A DNA stretch of 61,903 nt, filler included. It is 22 parts of 22 records of this genome, joined end to end, with 100 filler letters (N's around TTAATTAATTAA, not from the genome) between each part and the next. Parts side by side here need not be neighbours in the genome. Positions count along the whole stretch, not along the records: positions 23,463 to 25,816 come from SRR16133337_86863; positions 25,917 to 28,216 come from SRR16133337_87438; positions 28,317 to 30,334 come from SRR16133337_87513; positions 30,435 to 32,866 come from SRR16133337_87859; positions 32,967 to 35,965 come from SRR16133337_87983; positions 36,066 to 40,244 come from SRR16133337_88144; 16 more parts are not named here. The stretch is one strand, 5' to 3'. This document shows, piece after piece, positions 23,463-36,601 of the stretch (position 1 is the stretch's first letter; every line of letters starts with the position of its first letter). Made by a program: the position numbers and the translations under genes. A model generated the notes under the pieces. It worked only from the letters and a program-made list of their open reading frames with translations. It had not been told where the DNA came from and made no database searches.

Positions 23463-24756
23463 GGACACCAAAGAAAACCCAGAGTATTTGGGTTTTCTTG
23501 GTTTTTGCCTTAATCTTCTTTAAATGATAATGTTCTTTTTCTTTTCCAAAACTCCCCTCTAATCTAGGAGCCCTTTCTTTGGTAATTATTTTGGCTAATT
23601 GTATTTGTTGTTTTCTGTGTTTTGATGGTTTTCCTTTAGGTTTAAAGTCAGTTTGTATTTTATTAGAAGTAGCGAAGATTCGATTTTTATTGGTTGCATA
23701 AATTGCATCCGCTCCTAGAGTTTTTACTTTTGTTTTTGTGAGTCCTTGTGCTTTATAAATCGTGTTTTTAAATTGAGTTCCCTCATTAAAATTATCAAAA
23801 CTAATATGTTGAATAAAATTAATTCCATTTATTTGAAGTTTGTTAACTTTTACACCGAACTCCACTGCTTTAGTTTCTTTCCCTCTTACTATAGGGCGAA
23901 GATAATCCTTGTCGATACTTACGATTCTGTTTTTTGGCTTTTCGCCCTTAGTAAATAGAAACTCTTGTTGTCTACTTATTTTTTTAATGGTTGTTCTTCG
24001 TTTGTAATAATTTGAAGGCATCTCTAAATTATATTGTTTTTCTAAATGGTCTAACTCCTTATTTATTTTTTTAACTAAATATAATAACGCTCTGGTTAAT
24101 GGTCTACCTCTTTTGTTGGTTTTTCTTCGCATTTTACTATAACTGATATAGCGTTTTTTCCATTTTAAATATTTGGTGCGTGGTAATTTTAACTTTAATT
24201 CTTTACAGATTATTTTCATTTGATGATGACTCCAATGAACGGATTCCCAAAGTAATTTTTGATCTGTTGGAAAACGAACCTCGCTCTCATAGCAGGTAGC
24301 ATCAGTAAAAATACATTGTTGCTCTTTTATGTAATTAGACCAATGATTAAATAATGTTTTTTCAACTTTCTCTATATTCAAAGTCATGGATAATTCACAT
24401 CGTATTTGACTCACTATTTTATAATTTGTCAAGCGATGATGACCTAAATGAAGATCACAAAAAAATTGATAATCAATATTGGCGTTAAGTTGCTCTATTA
24501 ATCTTTTGTCGGAACAGCAAGCATAATGTTTTAAAAACATCAAGGCTAATTTACCTTTGGGACTAAAATAATTCTTAGTGCCTTTGATAGACTCTTTAAG
24601 GTTAAAAACCAATTCCAACTCATTCCAAGGAATAGCGGTATAGATTTTTCCTAAATCACTTGATAAAAATTGAGTGAAATAAATATCAAAATTTTCTGAG
24701 GAATTTAAAAATGAAAATTCGTGTTGGAAGTTGGAAATTCTTCGTATTTTAGACAT
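23463..24756 (-). CDS. DDE transposase (IS5-like), 3' truncated
   Basis: SDKRLIEQLN.NIDYQFFC, DATCYES..RFPTD, RIVS...RPIVRGK...VEFG.K, ADAIY, LEGSFG..K motifs. Confidence 0.88.
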
Positions 24757-24874
24757 ACTTGATAATTTAAAACCCCGTTTTTTGAGTACTCGGCTCGTTT
24801 TAGGGGTTTTTGTTTATCTAAAATACAAATTATTCGACTGAATATAAAGTAATTGAAATACTTCTGAAAGTGCC
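23463..24874 (-). mobile_element. Insertion sequence, probably IS5 family; right end missing at the contig break
   Basis: Contains the transposase below. Candidate left end GGCACTTTCAGAAG on the minus strand begins 3 nt after the stop of the LuxE-like gene; boundary tentative. Confidence 0.6.
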
Positions 24875-24877
24875 AAG

Positions 24878-25816
24878 TTAAGTTACCAATAAATTACAAC
24901 CTCGAATATCAGCATTGTCAAAACGTCCTAAAATTTCAAAGGAAGCATTTTCCTGAATTCTTCCTAAATCTTGGGTAGCAAGAAACGAACAAGAATTGCG
25001 ATTTGCCAAATCTATGACATTGATTCCTCCCACTTTTCCTACGGGCAAAAAATTCAAAGGATCTTCTGTATCACGAATCAGAATTTGCATCCAGGGCGGT
25101 GTCTCAAAAGTTCCATTTCCTCTGGAATACGCCTGACTTAACAATTCTGTCATTCCATATTCTGAATGAATCTCAGAAATGCCAAACCCTTTTTTTAAAA
25201 TTTCGTGTAGTTCTTCTCGTATCATTTCTTTTCGTTTTCCCTTCATACCCCCTGTTTCCATAACGGTAATATGTTTTAAAGAAAACGGGTATTTTTCAAT
25301 CAAATCCAACAAAGCAAAAGAAACACCTATAAGTAATGTTTTTTTGCCTTGCTCTTCTAATCGCAACAACATTTCTTTTAACCCTTCTAAATCCTGTAAA
25401 TAGAATCCACTTTCTGGCTGTCCTGACTTCCGAATAAAATCTTCTACCATATATATTAACGAAGAATCTTCTCTTTCTAAGTAAGAAGGTAACAATGCCA
25501 ATACTACATACTGCTTTATTGCTCCATAAAAATGAGCAAAGCCTTTTCTATAACTTTTTTTGTATAAAGAAAGATCCGTGACATGATGTTTGCTTTGTTC
25601 CATTCCTGTAGTTCCACTACTTAAAAAAGTTTGAACGATTGGATTTTCATTTGAAAGGATACGATGCGATTTAAAAAATGAAATAGGCAAGAACGGGATT
25701 TCTTCTAAGGAATTGACTGAAGAAATAGCAATATTCAAATAGGATATAAACTGTTTATAAACAGCATTGTTTTGGGCTTGAAATCGAAATATTTCTAAAG
25801 CCAAAGAATTGAATTC
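24878..25816 (-). CDS. LuxE/PaaK-like acyl-protein synthetase (acyl transferase), 5' truncated
   Basis: IPFLPISFFK, FLSSGTTG, METGGMKG, HSEYGMTELLSQAY, ATQDLG, ILGRFDNADIRGC. Confidence 0.85.
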   Translation of the reverse strand, partial: EFNSLALEIFRFQAQNNAVYKQFISYLNIAISSVNSLEEIPFLPISFFKSHRILSNENPIVQTFLSSGTTGMEQSKHHVTDLSLYKKSYRKGFAHFYGAIKQYVVLALLPSYLEREDSSLIYMVEDFIRKSGQPESGFYLQDLEGLKEMLLRLEEQGKKTLLIGVSFALLDLIEKYPFSLKHITVMETGGMKGKRKEMIREELHEILKKGFGISEIHSEYGMTELLSQAYSRGNGTFETPPWMQILIRDTEDPLNFLPVGKVGGINVIDLANRNSCSFLATQDLGRIQENASFEILGRFDNADIRGCNLLVT

Positions 25817-28800
25817 NNNNNNNNNNNNNNNNNNNNNNNNNNNNNNNNNNNNNNNNNNNNTTAATTAATTAANNNNNNNNNNNNNNNNNNNNNNNNNNNN
25901 NNNNNNNNNNNNNNNNACTCTTTTCCCGAAAACATCACGTTCCCAAAATATTTCGTTACAATGTTTAGGTAGAAATGTAATACATTACCTATGACACACG
26001 CTGATTTCAATTAAATACAAGACAATATACGTACTGTTCCAGAATCAATAAATGATCTCAACAAACCAGTTTTCCATGATAAAGTTTCAACCTTCAAATA
26101 CTCGCTAACTTCACGTGATTGAAGATTTTTGAGATCTGATATATTAGTGAATCCTCCACTTATAGCAAAAATATCTACACAACCAAACCAAGCAAACAAG
26201 TTATTCAAACTCGAAAATAATTGCGATGCTCGCGGAGTACTTCAAATTAATTTTGTATAGGTACAAAATACATCATTGAATAATCACTCACCCCCACACC
26301 AAAAGTTCTGGTTTTGAAAGTTTTCCAAGTAAATTTCAAAAGCATTTTACAAACAAAAATCCTGCACAATTCACATGTTTCAAAAACCTCAACACCCCAA
26401 AATTGTCACCACTGGAAAGTCAGAAGGTAAATTGAAGACACAATCTTATAGCAACAATTGACTTGGATTTGATGGTTTTTGTGTGCACAATTTATTTATC
26501 CTAACAATTGTAACTTTTCCACAAATTCAATAATTGTATACTAAAAAATTGAAAGAAAGTTTTTTATGTGCAATGTGAACAAAAATAAAAGAAGAAAAAT
26601 CTCCGAACTTACCAGCTACGGTTCCCTTTCCAGATGAAAACTATGAATATATTCTCCAATCTACTGTTGAAGAAACGGACATCCGTAAGTTTCAACACCA
26701 ACCACAAGTAGGACCATCTTAACAAAAAACGAGAGGACATCTTTCGGTGATATCTCTTCTTTCGCGCTAAATTTTGCATTTAGTGCTACCTGATCGCTTT
26801 TTAGATATTTGCAAATCTCGAGAAAAGTTATTCCAGATGTAACTTCTGTTGAAATATAAACTCTCAACAAAGATGCCTTAAAACACGTAAAATAGAAAAC
26901 AATTACAAAAAAAGAAAAATAACATTAAAATCTGTGAAAAAAATAAAAAGCCTGGCAAACCACACATGCGGCGATTCCGACATGTACATGTAAGTCCCTC
27001 TAAAAGGAACTCCTAGAATAAAGGGAGGAAACAGAACGAATGTGGGACGGTGGTGGTGGTGGTGGGTGTGTGACAGAAGCGAATGATAAAATGTAATGGG
27101 AGCCTAAATGTAGGAGGTATTTTGCACTACTATACAGTACAAGAAAGCTTTTTGCTTCAGATGCGGTAGGAGGGTGGAATAAATTTTAGACAACACAAAG
27201 CAATCACCGATAGAAAGTGTTCACACACACGGGGGTGCAAATTTTGTTTTTGTTAGCGATGAAACTTTTAGTATTACACAATTGGAAAAATCACTTGCTG
27301 ATCCAATACAAACTCACCTCTCCAACCAAACCAACAGAAAGATGATATTTTTTCAAATTGTAATTATACACAAAATTTCAAGAAGGACACTTACGTTCTT
27401 TACTCTCCAAAGATTACTCGACGCATTGAGCGATGTTAAATTATCCACGCAATGAATGTCCACACAAACATTGACACGAGATCTCAAAAATGTATTTCGA
27501 TATTTTTCAGGAGCATACGCAGATTTCTCGTAGCAATGATTGAGTGCCCTAAAACAGTACAAATTGACTTTAGAAAGTCACCACAAGCTTGAAACAAACC
27601 ACAAAGCTTGAAACAAATCAAACAAACATTTGGGGCCTGAGTGTTCCAAAACGTGCGAACAAAATCAGACCCCGATTATATATATGTGTGTGTTGTTATT
27701 AATAGCATGAACGCATGAATTGGCTGTCATTGTACTCTTTAACTCACGAAGGAATGTATAGGAACAAAGTCGCAGAAGAGGACAGTGGTGTGAACATTCG
27801 TTTGCGCTTGGGATCGATGGTGAGTTTTGAATCTTCGTTTGGTATTCTTTTGAAATATGAAATGGCAACTAATCACATTACGAAGGAACCAAAGAACGTC
27901 ACGTGGCAGCTTTTGTTAAAGTCAGCAATCAAAGTGTATGGATTACGACAAGGGATTGGAGATAAAAAAACCGATGCATAAAGGATATAAGCGAGGATTT
28001 ACTGATGCCGATATGTGCGTTTTTTGTGGTGAAAAAACAGAAGAATCATGTTTGTTTTGCAATCTTGAATTCACAAAAGATGTGTCAGAATGTGCAACTA
28101 GAGGAAAACTTTCAAATCTTGCGAAAAATATTTATGCGTCAGCTAGTGGTTTTAATGTTATTGATTTTATAAATGGTGGTGATGGATAAATTATTTTGTT
28201 TAAGTTTGTCTCATTGNNNNNNNNNNNNNNNNNNNNNNNNNNNNNNNNNNNNNNNNNNNNTTAATTAATTAANNNNNNNNNNNNNNNNNNNNNNNNNNNN
28301 NNNNNNNNNNNNNNNNTCAAACTTTAAGACTGAATTTGTTTCTAAAGGGTATTTCTCGTGAAAAACTTTGGCAATGAAAACAATGTCTAAATGTACAACT
28401 TGCAAACTTTTGGCCAATGATTCAGAAAAATTGTACCTTTTTGGGGTCAGTTTTTTCATGACTTATAAAACATATTTTGAAAAGCAATATGACGATATGA
28501 AAACAATATTTGAAAGTAAAGCACCTAAATGTGTATTTCGTCTGCCCCATATGTGCCCAAAATCTTTTTGTCACTTTTTGCAGGGGTCATGATTTAGCTA
28601 TTAATTATAATTTGTCCTGCACACTTACGAAACATAAAATACTAATACTTATGCTGGTGTTTGTTTTGTTTGACATTCGACAACGTATAATTATGTTTGC
28701 GAGTGTTGTCTACAGGAAATTGAATTGTTCTTCAAACTCACACATTCTTACATTCCGGTTAGAGTGTCATCCATTTGAAATTTTTGTCAAGTTGTGCCCA

Positions 28801-31043
28801 CCTCCCACCACATACCTTCAAATCGAACATTTTGTCATTTGACAAGTTTTCCTCAAGTACACCCTTGAAAGGGTGGAGAGGCCTTGGTGGGCGTGTGTAT
28901 ACGCAAAGTGAGAGCGGTGCTTTGCTTTGATACTAATTGTACCGCGAATCTTAGAAACTATTACCCATATCATTTTTTGGCATATGTTGGTGTTACTACA
29001 TTTAAGTCGCTTTCGCATATTGAATTACATGGTTGAAATTATTTTTGCATTTGTGTATTTTGTACTGGTTTATTATTTTATTTGTGTGATTTCGGGCTAT
29101 TTCTTCGCCTTGAATGTGATTGTAAACTCCGTATTTTCTAATTATAAATGGACGAATTTCAATAGTGTATTAAAAAGGAATCAAATAGAATTCAGTTTTT
29201 TGATTGTTCATTCTGTAACCCCCCACCCACCACTCACACCCGTATGTGTCACATATTTTCGAGTCAGATGTCTTTCACTTTAGATCCGAAACACACTTTA
29301 TGGCGATATATCGACCTACTATCCCTACACCATTATCGTCATATTCTACCTCCCGCACACATGAACACACTTTCTCTTTACACAACCAAAAAAAAAGCAA
29401 AAATATTCCTTGCAGGGCGAATATGAAGTTGGTACTGATTTTCAGTAATTTAGCCTGCATGACTAGAAAATGCCATCATTAATGACGCTTACTATACTCT
29501 GATGAGCCATACGCTCTACTCAACTAGTATTCACCCCACACATCACAATGCACCACCACCACCACGACTCAGGGACAAGTTATGATTCTCCAGTCGTTGA
29601 CCCTAACTGTTTCGTTGATGTAGAAATAAATTGTTTCGTGGGACGAGTGCCTACGACTTGCAAAATAACAGTATTGTTAGATAAGTTCGGTGTTTAACGT
29701 GTTTGGACTACAGTAGTAGAACATTCGAGTGGTTTGCAGAAACAAAAATGGTAATCGCCTCATATTTGAGACCATCGTATCACCTAAAGCTTTTCTCGAC
29801 ACCCAAACACAAAAAGTCAAGTCTTTACAGAGACAACCAATTTGAATTCAAAAATCACAGAAAATATATTTCCTCAGATGGGGATTTTACTCCATTAGCA
29901 CAATTATTTTATAAAACGAATGTACAACTTTATGTTTTTAGGATATGGCGAGGCAATTTATATTGATCTTGTCCATGGAGAATTTTGTACATTCCAAGAA
30001 TGTCCGGGTTATGCCTCGTGGCTCGCAGTTGACGGAGTTGACCAAACAATTCTTCATGGATTCTCAGATACACTCGATCCTTATTTCATTGAAAATGCAA
30101 ACGTCATTCCTGACATACTCACCGATTTTGAGGCTTCTTCGTGGACTATGGATGGACCTGATGACCCAAGAGGATCGAGTTATAATGGTCTTGCAAGGGA
30201 GATTATTCAAAATATGGAGGTATGTAAATATTCACCATTTAATATGAAAATGTTCGTTTGGTGTCTTAGGTCGAACTATGTTTTACATGTTTATACGAGC
30301 GAACGCTTATCGAAGAATTTGTATATTTTAAACANNNNNNNNNNNNNNNNNNNNNNNNNNNNNNNNNNNNNNNNNNNNTTAATTAATTAANNNNNNNNNN
30401 NNNNNNNNNNNNNNNNNNNNNNNNNNNNNNNNNNTGATGTTGTGTACACGAAAAATTACAATAAAATTAACTTTAGGAGTCATTCCCCACAAACAAATGT
30501 GAGTATCAGACTGAAACCCTGAGTACTATTTTGGATTTCATTCCACAACACGCCCATGTCGCAATCCTTCACATCCAGTAGGAAAAAACAACATTTGTTT
30601 TTGTAAAATTGTTGTCTTCAATTTTTGTACAATACACAATTACAAATCAACTGTGTTTCATTAAAAAGATCACAGAGGAAAAAACTGATGTGTAATCTTT
30701 GAAAAGTGAAATCCACCCCTACCGTTGCAACATTTTTCCATTATTTCTTGGAAACCATGTCAGATCTTTGTTCGACACTTTACTTTATTTGATATATTAT
30801 TTTTAATTAACCAAGTCAGTTCTGCTAGCCAAAGTGGGTAACATACATTTACAGGGGAATTATTTTATAAAAATACTTAGGCTTGAACGCTTTTTTCGGA
30901 CTTCCAAATGGTCCACACAAAACCTTTACAACTAAAAATCCCAAAAAAATATAAAAAACATGAATACATCGAACATGGAAAATTTTCTGGAACACACAAT
31001 CAAATATTTCAACCTAACACACCAAAAACTTTAAAAAACTTAC

Positions 31044-31271
31044 ATTACGATGAGAAACACGTCTTTCCCTTTCACGTGGTCTAAAAGCAGTACTAGGTGA
31101 AGAATCGTCATGAGCAGGAGGTTCTTGATATCGTCTCATTAGCGCTTTACCAAGACGTATACGTTTACTTATCCAATAATCATAAACAAGTGGGACGTAA
31201 TTACCGAACATATTATGTTTATTTGCAAGCGCTTCTGCCTCTTTTTTTGGAAAAATCGATTTGCAATCGAC
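31044..31271 (-). CDS. Internal exon of an Enhancer of polycomb-like gene
   Basis: TTTTAG acceptor, GTAAGT donor, 228 nt in frame; VYDYWISKR...LMRRYQEPP..D..P..AFRPRE matches the conserved EPC block. Confidence 0.75.
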
Positions 31272-33693
31272 CTAAAAACACATTACAAACATACACAACT
31301 TTTGTGATTCAGATAGTAAAATATAACAGCGAGATCAAAACCCAATTCCAAAAACGTTCAGCTTGTCAAAATCTCACACATTCCAAGGCAAATGTTATAC
31401 AACACCGAATAAAAGTCTTACAAAGGCAGTAACGAGAGAGAATCAAATAAGTGTTACCCACAAAACTTTAAAAAAAAACTCGGGTTCATTAATTTGTGTT
31501 TTTAATACTCATCCTAAAAGCTCTGAACTTTTTACTTTTCGTTTGCATTTTCACACAAAAAGTGAATCTCAGTCCAAAAATGCAGTGTGCAAATTTTAGA
31601 CCCAAAAAACATACTTCACCTATCGTAGATAATTACAACATTCATATACACAGAATAACTATTTTAGCTTCGTCACGGTGTTCTTATAAAAAATATTTGT
31701 CACTTCGATGAAAACGAATCTTCACGTGAATAAAAAAAGTGAGTAATAGTCTGGTTCAAATTTTTTTTTAAAGCGAATGTATTTGTTTTGTAATTACATA
31801 CCGGTGCAGAGTGTGTTGAACGCTGAAAATCGCCCCTGGGCTTTCGCTTCATTGCCTAAAACAACAAAAATAGACAACAAAAATTATTACCGCTCTCAAA
31901 GACCCCTTTAGCTACAGTAAAGTACCAGCCATAAGACATATATTTTTTTACCACAGTACTCAACCGTGTTGATGCAAATAATGTTCATATATACGCAACG
32001 ATTTCCTCTACCCACACACACACTCATCACCCCCTATCCACCCTTTGTAAGGGGAATTCCAATTTGTTGTCAAAAAAATACGTGCATATTTCGGAAATTG
32101 AAAACAAACATACAAACGTCTTTTGCAATGAAATTCATGAAATGAGATTTTTTGCACGGGTCAATCATGGCCATTTTTCATTTTCAAAGCATGTATTTTC
32201 GAAAAAAGGGAAGATTATACATGATTTTTCCATGTGTTAATCATTGTATGTGTGTGCCAACAGTTAACTAGCCAACGTTTTGTGATTCTCTCCCCAAGTG
32301 TTAGCATTACCAAAGGCGTCTTTTCTCTTGTTGTACAACAAAATTATAAACTACAGGGGCTAACGGAGAAAGAACCCCACTCCCCTTCGAAAATTCTCGT
32401 TTCTTTGAAAAACATGCGGGTAGCACCTCTTGGATTTTTTCAAAAACGCCACCCTTTTATTTGAAAATCTAGTTACCGGGATAGCAAGATTAAAAAATAT
32501 CTTGTAAACTGTTATCCGTTCCCATCTTTAGTCTTATGAAAGATGCTTTACAGTAGCTTCGCACTCACCAAAGTTAACAAAAAAAAGTTTCTAATTGCCA
32601 AAAAGCTCCAAGCAAAAGTACGGATGGTAAGTCTAAAAAATCTAAAAATGCTGATACTCATACCCATGAACTTCCACACCGAGATAAAGGAAATTTTTGA
32701 TTACAAGCAGCCTAGTAAAAAGCAATATAAAACACATATATGTGAACTACATGAAACACACCCACACAATCCTGAACACACTGCACGTTAAAATCACAAA
32801 AGAAATTATACAACACAAAGAAATGGAAAAGTAACCTACATGAAAAATTATTTTTGGGGTGTAGGCNNNNNNNNNNNNNNNNNNNNNNNNNNNNNNNNNN
32901 NNNNNNNNNNTTAATTAATTAANNNNNNNNNNNNNNNNNNNNNNNNNNNNNNNNNNNNNNNNNNNNACCCTTAAATGTCTGACCCCCCACCACCCCCACC
33001 CACCCTTAAAAATTCTGACCACACCCCTTATATAAGGGGGTGGAGGGTCGATAACACTGTTCAACCGTTGCGTCACACAGCTTGGCTACACAGTGAAGTG
33101 TTAATGAACAGATTTTTGTTTGAAAAAATGTTTTTTCAGCTTTTGAATGATTTCAAGTTTTCTCAAAATATGCTGAAGGCATAAAACTGCAAACGAAGCT
33201 TAAAAGCACGAATTCCACCGCATTCAAAGTGATGCTACAATGTTTGTTGGTATTGCCAAGTTGAATAAAGCTTTTTAATTAAAGGGAGACTATATCATAC
33301 CTGACCCTACTCTCCAAGGTGAAGGTGTGGACTTAACACCTCACTCAGTAATTTGAGTGGCAAAAAGCCAAAACTGTAAAGGGTCTCTAGGATAAGGTTT
33401 GAAATAGTCTCTCTTTAAAAATTGAATTGCGCTTTTCAAGAAAAATTAATCAACAACGGTCATCAGTCTCCTTGAAAAACAAAGAAAAAATTTCTAGAAA
33501 CCACAACATACAGTACATTTCACTGTAACCCCCTCCCTCAAACATTTTTGTTGGTTGAAGATCTCTGAAAGCCTCCACCCTTAGTCCAAAAAGTAAGAGG
33601 TGTTTTACTATGGGAGGGAGGGAGGGAGAGGGTGGAGGGGTGGCGGTACAGTGAAATGAACTGTAATATTTAAGTCATAAATTCTATGCTTAC

Positions 33694-34051
33694 CTGCGTT
33701 TGGGTAGAAATATGCAGAAACCTGCTCTCCTTGCTTTCTCTCCGCCAAAACGTGTTCGGAAGTTCTGAACAAGTTGGGGGCAACCTGAAAGGCCGTCCCG
33801 TAAGTACTTGAGTCCCAATCATCCCCATAAATGAGTTCCACATGTCCCGCAGCAGCACTCACAACTGAAGAGACTTCTGTCAATTGCACGACATGAGCCT
33901 TTTCTGCGTCGGTTAAATCTTGTGGAGAATCACGAAATCCAACAGTGCATTTTCCTCTGTCCTCAAAACATTTCATCGCAAAGCCTGCCGGCATCTCGTC
34001 AGTAGTTTTCCAGTTGGGTTTGAAGAAACCATGTTTATAAATTCTTGCCAT
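33694..34051 (-). CDS. Exon encoding the start of a trypsin-like serine peptidase domain
   Basis: CAG acceptor and GTAAGC donor; YGTAFQVAPNLFRTSEHVL resembles GTGF.V..N...T..HV around the catalytic His. Confidence 0.5.
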
Positions 34052-36157
34052 CTGAGAAACACAGAGTAACAAACAGTATCAGAAGTGTGTTTCCTTATCG
34101 AGATGCCACAAAATGCGTTTTTCCTATCCATTAAATGCAATGCAACAAGTACAGCAAGTAACATGTCCATTTTCCCCTGTTACAATAAAATTGACAGCTG
34201 ACTGCAGATTCAAAAAAAATTAAGTGTCATTACGGAAGCGAATTAAAAAAAAATCTTAACAATACATGAACCCCTTGTGCGGAAGAGAGAGGCTGTCATT
34301 TTTTGAAAAAAAGCCAAGTCCGCACCACTTCCGTCTTATCACAAGCCGGAAATTTGGCTTTAAAGAGCACAAATAGCCACAGGGGCGAGGCGTCCGATGA
34401 CTTTGTGCAAACCGTAGTTTGGGGGGAATTGCTAGGATATTGATTGATGAAATTTCGCGTGGGTGTTGCAGTGTTTATCAGCTATCCATATCCGGTGCTA
34501 TTTTTTCAAGCAGAAAAAGTGCACGCGCGAAGGCATGAAACTTATTTTTTGCCTCATGTATAGGTGAGAGTGCCTCATTTGGCTGAATTTTTTTGGCCGG
34601 TAACAACACTTATTGCATGCGAAATACCTACGATGGTAGTTCAAAAAAATGGGACATCTGCCAACAGATTTTTGAATTTCAGGCAAAACGATTGTGGTCG
34701 CAGCAACTGTGAATTGTTACAATTTTAGTCAGACCGCTTTCAGAGATCTCCCGCATTGGAATGCATTGGGGATTTGGCTCGCGCCAGTCACCAGAGAATA
34801 GATGTGGTTACCTACCTTAAATTCAGTGTTGCTGACGGGCACGAAGCTTGGTGGTTTGGGGGCCGGCGATTAAAGTTGAAAGTTACCCAAATTAAGTCTT
34901 TGTGCTTTGATTGAAAAACCAAAGCATCTTCATTTGGTTGTCATAGGTAAAGATAGAAATTTTGCAACCTAGACCCGTGCACACCAATCAAGAAAAGCTA
35001 AGTCTACAATGGTAATCTCTTACTTAATCGACAGTAATCCTAGTAGAATGTCTCCAAAATGCGTAAGCATTTTGTTTGGGCTCACTGAAAATTTTTATCC
35101 CAAAAATGGGCTTACTTTCGGATAGTAAGTCGCGTTTGCACATCGGAGTTCTCTCACGGAAAGCGAGCAAATTTCGAGTTGCTCAATTGTCCACATTTTG
35201 TAACAATACGTTTAACAGTGGCACGTGCAATCAACTTTGGAGCATAGCAAACACTGAGTAGATTGCATACCGATGTGTCATTTTTTACACCAGCAAAACG
35301 ATGCACGGAGGATGTGTGGCACGTGTCAAATTTTTGATGTAAGTGACATGCTGAAATGATTTCCGACATAAACCTGGAATGTTCTGATTTATCCTGAAAA
35401 AGAATCCAAGATGCAACACTTCGAAATTATTATTAATTATTATTTCGCCGGATAAGGCACACCAAAGAGTTTTGCACGTGTGGAAATTGAAAGTGGCACG
35501 TTTACGAATATTGATTGCACGTCCGCGGCCTGTTCAATATGCAAGTTGAAATTGGAAGCATACTCGGCAAAATGTGGCACGTGCAAGAAACGTTGGTACG
35601 TCGTGAAAACCAAGGCAAAAGATAAATTTCACGTGCCAATTATTTTGAATTTGTTTTTGTCTAGACAACAGAAACCTGCACTTTTGATAATTTTTGTTTA
35701 TTTGTTTATTGGTTAAGTTTTACTGAACAGGGCGTTGTCGAAGTCAATGCTTGTCTGACCTCACCTCAGTATGATTTTTTGTGAGGTGGAAACGGATTGT
35801 TGTGGATCGTGTGAGAACCCCGTGAGTTTTTGTCTGAACCAATTGTAATGATGTTTGCTGGGAAATGGGAAACCGTGTTTAACTCATAATAAACTTTGAA
35901 TTTAGTGAATTAATATTGGGTTGAATTTCGAGTATTAATGGTTTTAATGAATATTTCATATGATANNNNNNNNNNNNNNNNNNNNNNNNNNNNNNNNNNN
36001 NNNNNNNNNTTAATTAATTAANNNNNNNNNNNNNNNNNNNNNNNNNNNNNNNNNNNNNNNNNNNNGAAAATGCCAATAAGAAATTAAAGGATGAAGTTTT
36101 GGATTTTAAGAAACGAGTTAATTATGGAACAGGGAAACGGGATTAAAATATTACGTT

Positions 36158-36601
36158 CTACTCTCCTATTGTTTTAACCAAAATTTTATGAGGCCGTTTT
36201 GCCAACGCTACATTTGGGTAAAAACGTACTCTTTCTATTTTACATAAATTTGTGGATATTTTAATTTCCCAATTAGATAAATTTGGTATTAAACTTACTT
36301 CGCTATTTATAAAAATAAAACTATCAGACTGCGATAAATCTTTTGTTGGAATTAAATAAACAACCTTTAGTTCTTTATCTATTATTAAGACTAAAGCGAT
36401 AAATAAATTATCTTTTAATTCGCCTAAATCTTGTTTTGCAATTTTAATACTGCGTTGTGTAGTATCTAAATCCATAGATTCTACATAAATTTCGTTAGTA
36501 CCTATTAAAAAATCAACTCCTTCCCTCCCATCGGTTTTTACTAATAACTGTAAACCTATATTTTCTAATTCTGATTTTATATATTCTACCATAAAAATCA
36601 T
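36158..36601 (-). CDS. Small PD-(D/E)xK-like (DUF4365-like) protein coupled to the CBASS effector gene
   Basis: Start overlaps the effector stop (ATGA, 36598-36601). D..EGVDFLI...EIYVES..NLFIALVLI...VYLIP...W.I pattern; the expected Lys of the Q/ExK motif is Glu. Confidence 0.5.
   Translation of the reverse strand: MIFMVEYIKSELENIGLQLLVKTDGREGVDFLIGTNEIYVESMDLDTTQRSIKIAKQDLGELKDNLFIALVLIIDKELKVVYLIPTKDLSQSDSFIFINSEVSLIPNLSNWEIKISTNLCKIERVRFYPNVALAKRPHKILVKTIGE

Noticed and set aside
27715-30334. Overlapping short ORF pairs (27715/27938 and 29703/29920) suggesting frameshifted genes
   Set aside because: No family recognised; cannot separate exons, pseudogenes and chance ORFs.
36066-36146. 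Plus-strand gene tail ENANKKLKDEVLDFKKRVNYGTGKRD converging on the CBASS operon
   Set aside because: Only 26 codons before the contig edge; too short to assign.
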